Part shown: piece after piece, positions 19,134 to 28,057 of the stretch | Layout: every line of letters begins with the position of its first letter | Position numbering within the stretch: position 1 is the first letter of the stretch | Assembly (NCBI GenBank): GCA_045639305.1 | Contig: JAZUCW010000083.1 | Location: 1-34,441 of the forward strand | Reading direction: 5' to 3' | Length of the DNA stretch: 34,441 bases | Origin: Candidatus Scatosoma sp. | GTDB lineage: Bacteria > Bacillota > Clostridia > Christensenellales > Borkfalkiaceae | Notes under the pieces: generated by a model | The model's database searches: none | The model's input: the letters and a program-made list of their open reading frames with translations, nothing else | What the model was told of the DNA's origin: nothing | Program-made: the position numbers and the translations under genes

Positions 19134-19589
19134 TTATCCACAGAGGGGAAAGTTATCCACATTTTTCGCCTTATCCACAATTTTTATCTTTTTTTTGCCG
19201 TCGATTTCTGTCGAAAAGTACGATTATAAATTCATACCGTATATGCGTATACCCGATTTTTTCCAAAATGTGGACAATTTTAGGGTTGTCCACGCCCCCT
19301 GCGAAATATGTGTGGATAACTTTTTGCCAAGTTTGTGGATAAGTTTTTATTTTAAAGGCTTTCACGCACAAAAACCCAAAAAACAGCCGTTTTTGGTGGA
19401 TAACTTTTCTTTTTTTAAAATTTTTCAATAAAAAAATTCTTTTTTCAATGGTGGAAAAGTGCCGTAAACGGCGGTTGAAAACGATAATTTTAAACAGAAA
19501 GCGTCGAAAAATAGTGAAAAATCCACACTTTATCCACAAACAAACGTTTATTTGGCAAAACGCGAGGTTTCTATCCACAGTTATCCACT
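19134..19589. other. DnaA-box cluster with an AT-rich tract (oriC-like or DnaA-titration element)
   Basis: Perfect TTATCCACA boxes on the + strand at 19134, 19153, 19171 and 19530. Perfect boxes on the - strand (TGTGGATAA) at 19311 and 19334. One-mismatch boxes at 19269(-), 19395(-), 19571(+) and 19581(+), and a two-mismatch box at 19286(+). An almost pure AT tract spans about 19405..19448. The region lies between convergent genes and has no credible ORF. Confidence 0.85.
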
Positions 19590-19632
19590 GTGTCAAAAGC
19601 TCGTTTTCTGCATAATTTGACGATTTGCCCGT

Positions 19633-19659
19633 ATAAAAACGCGACTGGTTGCAGTCGCG
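19633..19659 (-). terminator. Rho-independent terminator after cvpA
   Basis: The reverse strand reads CGCGACTG-CAAC-CAGTCGCG followed by TTTTTATA, 34 nt after the cvpA stop. Confidence 0.75.
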
Positions 19660-19692
19660 TTTTCGTGTTTTGGTATGCAATTGTAAATGCGC

Positions 19693-20406
19693 TTATAAAA
19701 ACAAGCCGATAAACCAAACGAGAGGGTTATGGTTGTACAAGAATCCGATAACGAGGCTTTCCGAAAGGAAATTTGCTATCCCTTGCGAGGGGATAAGGGT
19801 CAACACCGCCAACACGCCGCTAACAATCAGCGTGCCTTGTATGAGACCGATTACCGCGCCCAAAACGCTATTTACTGCGCCAAGCACGCACAGCCTATCC
19901 GCTAATTTTTGCAATAACTTGCTAATGAAATGTAATACCAGTTTGCAAAGAATAAACAACGCCACGCCGACGATCAACAAACAAATTAATTTTGCCACCA
20001 CCGTTCCCAGCGCCGCCCCGAGCGTCGTGCCCGCCACCGCGCCGTCGCCAAACCATTTTAAAACCAGCGAAGCAATCGTCGTGGAGAAATTCTGTTGCGC
20101 CAAAGCGCCCTCGATGCCCGATTGCGGGATTACCTTATCGAACCCCTCTTTTTTTGAAAACGAAGCGGTCAAAGAAGTTTCTAGCGAACCTTGCAACCCG
20201 AACAATCCGCCCGTTACGTTTAAAACGAGCTTTGCCAAGGTTATCGCCGCCACCAAGGCAAGCAGGGTGGAAACAAACCCGAACAAACAACTGACAAACC
20301 CCCGCCTTGCGCATACGATGACGTAACCAAGCAAGAAGAGCGCAACGACGCCGTCCACTACGTAATTCGACCATTTTACGGCGCAAAGTCCCGCAAAAAT
20401 TTCCAT
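19693..20406 (-). CDS. cvpA: CvpA-family membrane protein (colicin V production protein homologue)
   Basis: Start set to ATG 20406 (MEIFAGL..., AAGGAGG 8 nt upstream). Translation shows NYVVDGVVALFLLGYVIVCARRGFVSCLFGFVSTLLALVAA, the CvpA N-terminal pattern, and 4-5 TM helices. Confidence 0.75.
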   Translation of the reverse strand: MEIFAGLCAVKWSNYVVDGVVALFLLGYVIVCARRGFVSCLFGFVSTLLALVAAITLAKLVLNVTGGLFGLQGSLETSLTASFSKKEGFDKVIPQSGIEGALAQQNFSTTIASLVLKWFGDGAVAGTTLGAALGTVVAKLICLLIVGVALFILCKLVLHFISKLLQKLADRLCVLGAVNSVLGAVIGLIQGTLIVSGVLAVLTLIPSQGIANFLSESLVIGFLYNHNPLVWFIGLFL

Positions 20407-20448
20407 ACTCGCAACCTCCTTATCGATTATAAGGCTTTTTCCTTTCTT

Positions 20449-20477
20449 ATTATACCATATCACGCGCAATTTTTCAA
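20449..20477 (-). promoter_or_regulatory. Sigma-A promoter for cvpA (TTGAAA-17-TATAAT, TG-extended)
   Basis: The reverse strand reads TTGAAA-AATTGCGCGTGATATGG-TATAAT. Confidence 0.65.
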
Positions 20478-20574
20478 GCCCGCGTATAAACTTTTCCCTT
20501 TTCAAAGGTTTTAATTTTTTTAAAATCGGCTATACTCAACAAGCGGTTTTTTATTTTTTTACTACGAGGTGGTT

Positions 20575-21183
20575 ATGGATTTTTCTTTTCACGTCTACAA
20601 TAAACTAGCAGCCGACGGTGCTGCCATGGCAGTCGATAGACTCCTGCGCGCAGATTTAAACAAGAAAACGAGGGGGGCAGGTATGCGTTCAGATAAATTC
20701 TCCGCCTTGCCCGTTATTATTTGCGTAGGGAGCGACCTTGCCATCGGCGACAGTTTAGGCCCGATCGTCGGGTCCATGCTGAAATACAAAACGCAAAATC
20801 TCGACTTGTTCATTTACGGCACGCTATCCGCCCCCGTTACCGCGAAAGAACTGCCCTATATGCGTTCCTTTTTAAAAGAAACCCATCCCCGTTCACAAAT
20901 CCTTGCCATAGACGCCGCTGTGGGCGAAAAAGGGGATATTGGGCTGATTCGAATCACTTCTTCCCCCCTTCTACCCGGGGCTGGCGCAGGGAAGAAATTG
21001 GGCTCGCTCGGCGACGTTGCGATTATGGGTATCGTTGCGGAAAAATCTCTTAGCAACTACGGCCTTTTAAACACCACGAGGTTAAACCTCGTATACACGA
21101 TGGCGGAAACCCTTTCCGAAGGGCTCGCCACCCTGCTTTGGGAACGCGCGTCGGGCGCAAAAACAGCAAAAGAAAACGCCTAA
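20575..21183 (+). CDS. yyaC: Spore protease YyaC family protein (DUF1256)
   Basis: LPVIICVGSDLAIGDSLGPIVGSML...IYGTLSAPVTA...ILAIDAAVGEKGDIGLIRI...PLLPGAGAGKKLG is the YyaC signature. The start could be ATG 20575 or GTG 20569; GAGG lies upstream. Confidence 0.8.
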   Translation: MDFSFHVYNKLAADGAAMAVDRLLRADLNKKTRGAGMRSDKFSALPVIICVGSDLAIGDSLGPIVGSMLKYKTQNLDLFIYGTLSAPVTAKELPYMRSFLKETHPRSQILAIDAAVGEKGDIGLIRITSSPLLPGAGAGKKLGSLGDVAIMGIVAEKSLSNYGLLNTTRLNLVYTMAETLSEGLATLLWERASGAKTAKENA

Positions 21184-21198
21184 ATTCGATAAAAGCGT

Positions 21199-21228
21199 TT
21201 GACAAACGGAAAAACATCGTGCTATAAT
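21199..21228 (+). promoter_or_regulatory. Sigma-A promoter for the riboswitch-queT unit (TTGACA-18-TATAAT, TG-extended)
   Basis: TTGACA at 21199..21204, an 18-nt spacer ending in TGC, and TATAAT at 21223..21228. Confidence 0.7.
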
Positions 21229-21235
21229 AACAACG

Positions 21236-21285
21236 CAAGGAAGGTTTTCGGTAGAACACTTCCTTAAAATAAAAAAACCGAGGAC
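21236..21285 (+). promoter_or_regulatory. preQ1-I-type riboswitch (translational, SD-sequestering pseudoknot)
   Basis: P1 pairs AAGGAAG (21237..21243) with CTTCCTT (21259..21265), enclosing the loop GUUUUCGGUAGAACA. An A-rich tail AAAAUAAAAAAA follows. Tail CCGA (21278..21281) can pair with loop UCGG, forming P2 and overlapping the GAGG SD. The layout parallels B. subtilis queC AGAGGUUCUAGCUACACCCUCUAUAAAAAACUAAGG. The downstream gene is queT. Confidence 0.75.
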
Positions 21286-21291
21286 AAACAA

Positions 21292-21828
21292 ATGAAACGG
21301 ATTTCTAATACCCGTCGCCTCTGTCGCGCAGCCGTCGTTGCTGCGTTGTACACGGCGTTATCGTATGCGTTTGCGCCCCTCGCCTTCGGTCCTTTACAGG
21401 TCCGTCCCGCAGAGGCGCTTTGTATTTTAGCTCTATTTTATATCGAAGCCATCCCTGCGCTATACGTGGGCTGTATGCTGACCAACCTAGCCTCGCCCTT
21501 CCTTTTTTACGACGTGTTTCTCGGCTCGGCAGCGACGCTTTTGGCGGCAATCTGCACCTACCTTATCGGCAGAGCCGTGAAAAACACCCCCTTAAAAATC
21601 GGCTTGGGAGGCATTTTTCCCGTCCTTTTTAACGGAGCGGTTATCCCGCTTATCATCGTCTTTTTGTGCGGCGGGGGAGTAGGGTATTCTTCTATGACGG
21701 CTGCCTATTTTGCCTATGCGGGCTCGATTGCGTTTACCGAAGCAATTTGGGTGTACGCCCTTGGCGCGCCTCTCTATCTCGCCGTAGCAAAACTGCGAAA
21801 GAAAAACGTCGCCGTCTTTTGCGACTAA
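21292..21828 (+). CDS. queT: Queuosine-precursor transporter QueT (ECF S-component-like)
   Basis: 178 aa with 5-6 TM helices. NTRRLCRAAVVAALYTALSYAFAPLAFGPLQVRPAEAL is the QueT N-terminal pattern. A preQ1 riboswitch precedes it. Confidence 0.85.
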   Translation: MKRISNTRRLCRAAVVAALYTALSYAFAPLAFGPLQVRPAEALCILALFYIEAIPALYVGCMLTNLASPFLFYDVFLGSAATLLAAICTYLIGRAVKNTPLKIGLGGIFPVLFNGAVIPLIIVFLCGGGVGYSSMTAAYFAYAGSIAFTEAIWVYALGAPLYLAVAKLRKKNVAVFCD

Positions 21829-21834
21829 ATACAA

Positions 21835-21866
21835 AACCGACCGTTTTGCGGTCGGTTCTTTTTTAT
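21835..21866. terminator. Bidirectional terminator between queT and rqcH
   Basis: AACCGACCG-TTTTG-CGGTCGGTT followed by CTTTTTTATT, with an A-run upstream for the reverse direction. Confidence 0.8.
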
Positions 21867-23545
21867 TCTTTGTGCGCGTTCGGTTTAACGAGCACCGTTT
21901 TATACTCGGTATAGGTTACGAACCCCGCCTTACTCTTGCTCGGCTTTTTCACGTATTTTCGCTTGCAATAATCCACGGGGATTTTATCTCCTTCCCGCCC
22001 GTCCGAATAATACGCGCAAATCTCTGCCGCGTATAAAAGGGTTTCATCTCGTACCTGCCCCCCTTGCGTAACGATAATTACGTGCGAGGAGTGATATTTT
22101 TGCGTATGCAGCCATATATCCTCAGGGGAAGACAAACGCAGCAATCTGTCGTTTTGGATATTGTTTCTGCCCGCGTAAATTTTCATGCCGCTATGCTCGT
22201 ACTCGCGGAAAGGCACGACGATTTCTTTCTTCTTCCCGCCGCGGGCAAGAGGCAATCTTACCAAGCCCATTTCGGCAAGTTCTTGTTCGATTTCTTTCAA
22301 ATCGTCCATCGTTTCCGCCCTCGTTACGGCGGATAAAACGCTGTCCGTATACGCGATTTCCTTTTCTTCCGCTTGCAGCATCGGCGACAAAATTTCTTTC
22401 GCGCGCTTATGCTTGTTATAATTTTTGAAATATTTCTGCGCGTTTTTAGCAGGGGATAAGAGGGGGTCTAACGCGATTTTTATCTTCTCGCAATCCGAAG
22501 AATACCAGTTTTCCAGTTCGATTGCCGCGCTTCCTTTTTCCACGCGGTACAAATTCGCCGTCAATAGCTCGCCTTTTATCCTAAGTTCGTCCGCTTTTTC
22601 CGCCTCTTGCAAGCGCTCTTTCGTATCCTGCCATTTTTTCAGTTGTTTTTTCTTCAAGCCCCGCGCAAGATTTTCCAGCTTTCTCTTTTTATCCGCAAAG
22701 CTCTTTTTCCCCTCGCGGCGGGTAAAAAACTCGTCCTCCGCTTCCCACAAGGTAGGGGTCTTTACGCCGCCCGACACGGGGAAGGCGAAAAAGTCCACCG
22801 CCTCGCCGCCTGACACTTTCACGCAGGGCAAGCAAGGCTCGTTTTCGCAAAACTCGCCGACGAATTCAAAGAGCGGTTTTTCGCTTTTTTTGCTACGCAA
22901 AGCCACCTCTCTTGCGGTGGATAACGCCAATCCGCAAACGTTTTCAAACAAAAACTCCGAAAGCGTTTCCTCGTCTATATTTTCACGATTAGAAAGATAG
23001 TTTTTAAAGCGTGAACGAATACCTGCCCCGTCGAAAGGTGATAATTTATCCTGCGGCGTTGGATAAAGATATCTCGCGCCAGCTAGCAAAATCCGCCTCG
23101 ACGAATCCTCCAAGGCGGTCGTTTTTAACGCCCCCAAAATTACGCCGTTCTCCGTCAAAACGACGTTGGAATATTTCCCCATCAACTCGCAATGCAAGGT
23201 GCGTTTGCTTTCGGAAAAATCCGTCGTGCAATGCAAATCCATTTCGATAATTCGCTCAAATTCGTATTGACGAACCTCTAAAATCTCCGCGCCTTGCAAA
23301 TGCTTTCGAAGGAGCATACAAAAATTGGGCGCAACGGGCGCAGGCTCTTTCTCTATCGCCGACAAACAAACGCGCGCATTCGACGCATTTGCGCTGAGAA
23401 TGAGTTTAACCGTCGATTTTCCGGTGTATATAATAAAGGTAAGCTCGTCCTTATTGACCTGTGAAATGCGATTTACCTTCCCGTGAACGAGAAGAGTATT
23501 CAGCTCGAAAGCCAATCTTCGTATGTGAAACGCGTCTTGTGGCAT
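21863..23545 (-). CDS. rqcH: Ribosome quality-control protein RqcH (NFACT / FbpA family)
   Basis: MPQDAFHIRRLAFELNTLLVHGKVNRISQVNKDELTFIIY is the NFACT-N domain. It also has a central coiled coil and a C-terminal NFACT-R block (WLHTQKYHSSHVII...AAEICAYYS). Start set to ATG 23545, with AGGAGG upstream. Confidence 0.88.
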   Translation of the reverse strand: MPQDAFHIRRLAFELNTLLVHGKVNRISQVNKDELTFIIYTGKSTVKLILSANASNARVCLSAIEKEPAPVAPNFCMLLRKHLQGAEILEVRQYEFERIIEMDLHCTTDFSESKRTLHCELMGKYSNVVLTENGVILGALKTTALEDSSRRILLAGARYLYPTPQDKLSPFDGAGIRSRFKNYLSNRENIDEETLSEFLFENVCGLALSTAREVALRSKKSEKPLFEFVGEFCENEPCLPCVKVSGGEAVDFFAFPVSGGVKTPTLWEAEDEFFTRREGKKSFADKKRKLENLARGLKKKQLKKWQDTKERLQEAEKADELRIKGELLTANLYRVEKGSAAIELENWYSSDCEKIKIALDPLLSPAKNAQKYFKNYNKHKRAKEILSPMLQAEEKEIAYTDSVLSAVTRAETMDDLKEIEQELAEMGLVRLPLARGGKKKEIVVPFREYEHSGMKIYAGRNNIQNDRLLRLSSPEDIWLHTQKYHSSHVIIVTQGGQVRDETLLYAAEICAYYSDGREGDKIPVDYCKRKYVKKPSKSKAGFVTYTEYKTVLVKPNAHKE

Positions 23546-23598
23546 ACTCCCTCCTTTTTCCGCGCGAAGGTTTTCCATAGCGGTTTTTTCTTTCTTAA

Positions 23599-23627
23599 AT
23601 TATACCGCAAATTTATGAAATTGTAAA
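23599..23627 (-). promoter_or_regulatory. Sigma-A promoter for rqcH (TTTACA-17-TATAAT)
   Basis: The reverse strand reads TTTACA-ATTTCATAAATTTGCGG-TATAAT. Confidence 0.6.
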
Positions 23628-23741
23628 TAAAAACGAGTGAAAAAGAGCGAAAAACGCTTTATTTTCTTCAATAAATATGGTAAAATAGAAAACAGTGTAA
23701 AACAAAAAATAAAAAACAGCAATAGATTTAGGAGAAACGTT

Positions 23742-25040
23742 ATGAAACACACTACCAAAGCGGCAGAAAAAAGCACGGTAAAAATCACCCTCAAATTCGA
23801 CGGTGAAGAATGGAAAGCAGCGCAACAGAACGCTTATTTGAAGACGAGAGGCAGATTTGCTATCAACGGCTTCCGTAAAGGCAAAGCGCCCAAGAACGTT
23901 ATCGAAAACGTATACGGCAAAGGCGTATTCTACGAAGACGCACTCAACAACCTTTTCTCGGAAAACTACGGCAAGGTTTTGGACAAGGAATCCAAAAAAT
24001 ATACCTTCGTTGGCGATCCCGACGTATCCGTTGAAAAATTGGAAGACGACGGCGTAACCCTCGTTGCTATCGTTGCAGTAAAACCCGAGGTAAAAATTTC
24101 CTCCTACAAGGGTATGAAAATTCAGCAATTCGCGTATACTGTTAAAGACGAAGAAATCGAAGCGGAACTTAACCGCGTTTTGGATAGAAACGCTCGCAAA
24201 GTGGAAATCACCGACAGAGCAGCACAAAACGGCGATATCGTCAACATCGACTTCGTCGGTACGGTTGACGGCGTTAAATTCGACGGCGGCGAAGCGCAAG
24301 GCTTTGATCTTACCCTCGGCAGCGGTCAGTTCATCCCCGGCTTTGAAGATCAAGTCGTTGGCATGAACGTAGGCGAAACGAAAGACGTCAACGTAACCTT
24401 CCCTGAAAACTATCAGGCAGAAAACTTGAAGGGCAAAGCGGCTGTTTTTGCAGTAACCGTACACAAGATTCAGGGCAAAGAACTTCCCAAGCTCAACGAC
24501 GAATTCATCAAGGAAGCTACGGGCAGCGAAACGGTAGAAGCGTACAAAGCAAAGACCGCGGAAAGATTGCAAAAGCAAGCAGACCGCCGTGCAAACGACG
24601 CAACGGAAAACAGCATCCTCGAAGCAATCGCAGCAAATGCAGAAGCGGAAATTCCCCAAGCAATGATCGATAGAGAAATCGATTCCATCGTTCAAAAATT
24701 CGAATATCAGTTGATGTATCAGGGCTTGAAATTGCAAGATTACCTCTCCTTCTTGAAGGTAACGGAAGCTGATTTTAGAAAGCAGTACGAAGACCAAGCA
24801 AAGAAGAACGTTATGCACCAGCTTATCATCTCCCAGATCATCAAGGACGAAAACCTTGAAGCAACGGAAGAAGAAGTTGACGCAAAAGTAGCAGAACAAG
24901 CGGCTTCGGTAGAAAAGAGCTTGGAAGAATACAAGAAGAATATGGACCCTCGTCAGTTCGATTATATCCGCAGCGATATCGTCATCACGAAGCTGTTCGA
25001 CTTCTTGAAGGCTAACAACGAAATGTACGTAGAAGCGTAA
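23742..25040 (+). CDS. tig: Trigger factor (ribosome-associated chaperone / PPIase)
   Basis: Start at ATG 23742 after AGGAG. FAINGFRKGKAPKNVIENVYG is the ribosome-binding signature GFRxGxxP. It also has an FKBP-like core (GDIVNIDFVGTVDGVKFDGGEAQGFDLTLGSGQFIPGFEDQVVGM). Confidence 0.95.
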   Translation: MKHTTKAAEKSTVKITLKFDGEEWKAAQQNAYLKTRGRFAINGFRKGKAPKNVIENVYGKGVFYEDALNNLFSENYGKVLDKESKKYTFVGDPDVSVEKLEDDGVTLVAIVAVKPEVKISSYKGMKIQQFAYTVKDEEIEAELNRVLDRNARKVEITDRAAQNGDIVNIDFVGTVDGVKFDGGEAQGFDLTLGSGQFIPGFEDQVVGMNVGETKDVNVTFPENYQAENLKGKAAVFAVTVHKIQGKELPKLNDEFIKEATGSETVEAYKAKTAERLQKQADRRANDATENSILEAIAANAEAEIPQAMIDREIDSIVQKFEYQLMYQGLKLQDYLSFLKVTEADFRKQYEDQAKKNVMHQLIISQIIKDENLEATEEEVDAKVAEQAASVEKSLEEYKKNMDPRQFDYIRSDIVITKLFDFLKANNEMYVEA

Positions 25041-25111
25041 AGCGCTTTTACCCACGCGAAACGCATAGCGCAAAACGCGCCGTGCGTTTCGAAATCAATT
25101 AAGGACCGATT

Positions 25112-25705
25112 ATGGAAAAGAACGTTTTAATTCCCTACGTCGTAGAACGCACCTCTTCGGGGGAACGCACCTACGATTTGTATTCCCGTCTTTTGGACGA
25201 CCGCATCATTTTTTTAAGCGGTGAAATCAACGACGCTTTGGCAAACACCGTCGTCGCGCAGCTTATCTACCTGGAAGGGAAAGATTCGACGAAGGATATC
25301 AGCTTGTATATCAACTCTCCCGGCGGCTCGGTTTCGGCAGGGATGGCGATTTACGACACGATGAACTATATCAAATGCGACGTATCCACGATTTGTATCG
25401 GCTTGGCGGCGTCGATGGGCGCGTTCTTACTTTCCAGCGGCGCAAAGGGCAAACGGTATGCGTTGCCCAATTCTGAAATTATGATCCACCAGCCCCTTGG
25501 CGGCGCGCAGGGACAGGCGAGCGACATCAAAATTCAGGCAGAACACATTCTCCGCACGAAAGCGAAGCTCAATTCTATCCTTTCCAAAAACACGGGCAAG
25601 GATATCGAAACCATCGAAAAAGACACCGACCGCGACAATTACCTGTCGGCGGACGAAGCAAAAGAATACGGGCTTATCGACAAGGTTTTCGTCAGCAGAG
25701 GTTAA
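25112..25705 (+). CDS. clpP: ATP-dependent Clp protease proteolytic subunit
   Basis: 197 aa. [44 protein letters not shown] (catalytic Ser) and IMIHQPLGG (catalytic His). Confidence 0.96.
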   Translation: MEKNVLIPYVVERTSSGERTYDLYSRLLDDRIIFLSGEINDALANTVVAQLIYLEGKDSTKDISLYINSPGGSVSAGMAIYDTMNYIKCDVSTICIGLAASMGAFLLSSGAKGKRYALPNSEIMIHQPLGGAQGQASDIKIQAEHILRTKAKLNSILSKNTGKDIETIEKDTDRDNYLSADEAKEYGLIDKVFVSRG

Positions 25706-25715
25706 TAAAAATACG

Positions 25716-25747
25716 CGCGCAAAACGGTAGGTTTTGCGCGTTTTATT
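25716..25747 (+). terminator. Rho-independent terminator/attenuator after clpP
   Basis: CGCGCAAAAC-GGTAG-GTTTTGCGCG is a perfect 10-bp stem followed by TTTTATT. Confidence 0.8.
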
Positions 25748-25855
25748 CCCCCGCCTTTTTCAAAACGCGTGGGACAGGTATGCAATGAAACTCTTTTCAC
25801 AAAAAATTTTTTCCTTGCATATCGTTACATTGTAAAAAGGAATTGGAGTTTTTCT

Positions 25856-27100
25856 ATGTCTAATAAAAATCAGCATTGTTCTTTCTGCGGCAAACCCAAG
25901 GAAGAAACCCGCCGTCTTATTACGGGTCCCGACGGGGCTTGTATCTGCGACGAATGCGTGGAAATCTGCAAATCGATGGTAGACGAATGGTCGGGCAGCG
26001 ACAAAGAGCCCTCTTCGCAAGTACCTTTGAAAAAACCCGCCGAAATCAAGGCGGAACTCGATCAGTATATCGTCGGGCAGGATAAGGCAAAACGGGTCCT
26101 TTCCGTTGCGGTATACAACCATTACAAACGCATCAACGCCAGCGCGGCGGCAAAGAAAAAAGACGACGACGGCATCGAAATCGAAAAGAGCAACGTACTT
26201 TTGCTCGGGCCTACGGGCAGCGGTAAAACCCTGCTTGCGCGGACCCTTGCCAAAATCCTCAACGTGCCGTTCGCAACCTCCGACGCAACCACGCTTACCG
26301 AAGCGGGCTACGTAGGCGAGGACGTGGAAAATATTTTGTTAAAACTTATCCAAAACGCCGATTACGATATCGAACGCGCACAACGCGGCATTATCTATAT
26401 CGACGAAATCGATAAAATCGCAAGAAAGAGCGAAAACCTTTCCATCACCCGCGACGTATCGGGCGAGGGCGTGCAGCAGGCGCTTTTGAAAATTATCGAA
26501 AGCACGACGGCAAGCGTTCCCCCGCAGGGCGGCAGAAAACACCCCAACCAGGAATGTCTTCGTATCGACACGACGAATATCCTCTTTATCTGCGGCGGTG
26601 CGTTCGTAGGTCTGGACAAAATCGTTTCCTCCCGCAAGGACGACACCACCCTCGGCTTTGGCGGAAAGGTGCGCTTGGGCGCAAACGAAGCGGATTATTC
26701 GGTACTCGACGACGTGAAACCGCAGGATTTGACGAAATTCGGTTTGATTCCCGAATTCGTAGGCAGACTTCCCATCGTCGTCAACCTCGACCCGCTCGGC
26801 GAAGACGCGCTGATTAAGATTTTAACCGAACCGAAGAACGCCATCATCAAGCAGTATCAAAAACTGGTCGGTTTTGACGGCGTAAAACTGACGGTAGAGG
26901 ACGACGCGGTGCGCGAAATCGCGCAGACGGCAATCCGTTTGAAGACGGGCGCGCGCGGCTTGCGTACGATTATCGAAAACGTGATGACGGACGTTATGTA
27001 CAAAATCCCGTCCGAAGACAACGTAGAAGAGGTCGTTATCACGAAAGAATGTTTGACGGACGGCGCTTCGCCGAAACTCGTTTACAAACAATCGGCATAA
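25856..27100 (+). CDS. clpX: ATP-dependent Clp protease ATP-binding subunit ClpX
   Basis: Start at ATG 25856 ([13 protein letters not shown]). It has a zinc ribbon (CSFCG...CICDEC), Walker A GPTGSGKT, Walker [10 protein letters not shown] and the pore loop/sensor region. Confidence 0.96.
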   Translation: MSNKNQHCSFCGKPKEETRRLITGPDGACICDECVEICKSMVDEWSGSDKEPSSQVPLKKPAEIKAELDQYIVGQDKAKRVLSVAVYNHYKRINASAAAKKKDDDGIEIEKSNVLLLGPTGSGKTLLARTLAKILNVPFATSDATTLTEAGYVGEDVENILLKLIQNADYDIERAQRGIIYIDEIDKIARKSENLSITRDVSGEGVQQALLKIIESTTASVPPQGGRKHPNQECLRIDTTNILFICGGAFVGLDKIVSSRKDDTTLGFGGKVRLGANEADYSVLDDVKPQDLTKFGLIPEFVGRLPIVVNLDPLGEDALIKILTEPKNAIIKQYQKLVGFDGVKLTVEDDAVREIAQTAIRLKTGARGLRTIIENVMTDVMYKIPSEDNVEEVVITKECLTDGASPKLVYKQSA

Positions 27101-27112
27101 AGATGAAATGAA

Positions 27113-27145
27113 AAACACGGCGGTTTATTCCGCCGTGTTTTTTGC
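27113..27145 (+). terminator. Terminator after clpX, overlapping the 3' end of the convergent transporter gene
   Basis: ACACGGCGG-TTTATTC-CGCCGTGT followed by TTTTTTG. The stop codon of the minus-strand gene (27125..27127) lies in the loop. Confidence 0.8.
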
Positions 27146-28051
27146 TTGTTCTTTTTTACGTTTCGTTTTCGAAGTCAGCCATTTGACAACCGCCGCGCCA
27201 ATGATGATACAGTACCCTGCCACGCTCCAATAATCGGGATATTGCGAGAGGAACACCGCCCCCCAAACCGCCGCGAATAGCACTTGCGAATAATCGTAAA
27301 CGGAAATATCCTTTGCGGGCGCGTACGAATATGCCGCCGTTACGGTAAACTGCGCCCCGCTTGCCGCTACGCCCGCCAAGAGCAGCCAAACTACTTGCAT
27401 GGTTTCCATCGGGTGATAATCAAGCAAAACCATCGGCAGCATGGATACGCAGGAAAAAGCGGAAAAGAAAAAGACGATAACCGCTTTTCGTTCGCCGCGC
27501 TGCCCTAAATATCGAACAAACGTGTACGCAAGCCCTGCCGACATACCGCCGAGCACCCCGACAAGCACGGGCACGCCCTGCGAAAACCCAAACGAAGGCT
27601 TGGCGATAAACACCGCGCCTAAAAAGGCTACGCCGACAAGCAACCATTCTTTCCACGACGCCTTTTCCTTTAAAAGGAGTATCGAAAAAACGATCGAGAA
27701 AAAGGGCGCGAGCTTGTTCAAAATCGATGCGTCGGAAATGGGCAGATGGTCGATGGCGTAAAAGTTACACACAATCCCGATCGTACCCGCAATCGAGCGC
27801 GCCAACAAGGCGGGAAGGTTGCCTTTTTGCCATTTAAAATTCCCGTCTTTTACGAGCAACACAAAGGCGACGAGCGCGGCGACAAGATTTCTAAAAAAGG
27901 ATTTTTGAAAGACGGGTAAATCCCCTGCAAGCCGCACGAACAAACTCATCAGCGAATAGAAAAAGGCAGAAAAAAGAATACAGAGCACCCCTTTAAAATG
28001 GCTGCTTTGCGTCTTTTGCGGAGTATGAAGTTGTTCCGACTTGTTCACCAT
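27125..28051 (-). CDS. DMT-superfamily (EamA-type) transporter
   Basis: 308 aa with about 10 TM helices and two EamA-like halves. The N-terminal half contains FSAFFYSLMSLFVRLAG. No SD precedes the start (see the leaderless promoter feature). Confidence 0.75.
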   Translation of the reverse strand: MVNKSEQLHTPQKTQSSHFKGVLCILFSAFFYSLMSLFVRLAGDLPVFQKSFFRNLVAALVAFVLLVKDGNFKWQKGNLPALLARSIAGTIGIVCNFYAIDHLPISDASILNKLAPFFSIVFSILLLKEKASWKEWLLVGVAFLGAVFIAKPSFGFSQGVPVLVGVLGGMSAGLAYTFVRYLGQRGERKAVIVFFFSAFSCVSMLPMVLLDYHPMETMQVVWLLLAGVAASGAQFTVTAAYSYAPAKDISVYDYSQVLFAAVWGAVFLSQYPDYWSVAGYCIIIGAAVVKWLTSKTKRKKEQAKNTAE

Positions 28052-28057
28052 ACTTCT

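Noticed and set aside
19171-19680. 169-aa ORF (minus) and 78-aa ORF (plus, 19195..19431) inside the DnaA-box region
   Set aside because: Both translations are dominated by F/K/I/R runs that come from AT-rich and DnaA-box sequence. Neither has an RBS. The repeated WITV/VIH-type segments are simply translated DnaA boxes. I treat the region as non-coding.
23613-25073. 486-aa ORF on the minus strand opposite trigger factor
   Set aside because: It is a shadow ORF of tig. The F/V/C-rich translation has no motifs, whereas the plus-strand product has the trigger-factor GFRxGxxP signature and an FKBP core.
25055-25091. Long hairpin after tig (CGCGAAACGCA...TGCGTTTCG) as a terminator
   Set aside because: No U-run follows it, and clpP starts 20 nt later with only a weak SD. 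It may be a processing or stability element, but I cannot call it a terminator.
27101-27115. 15-mer AGATGAAATGAAAAA shared with 16788..16802, a possible sixth copy of the dispersed motif
   Set aside because: Only the AT-rich flank matches and the CTCGTACAYGGTAGCC core is absent. By rough estimate, one or two chance 15-mer repeats are expected in a window of this size.
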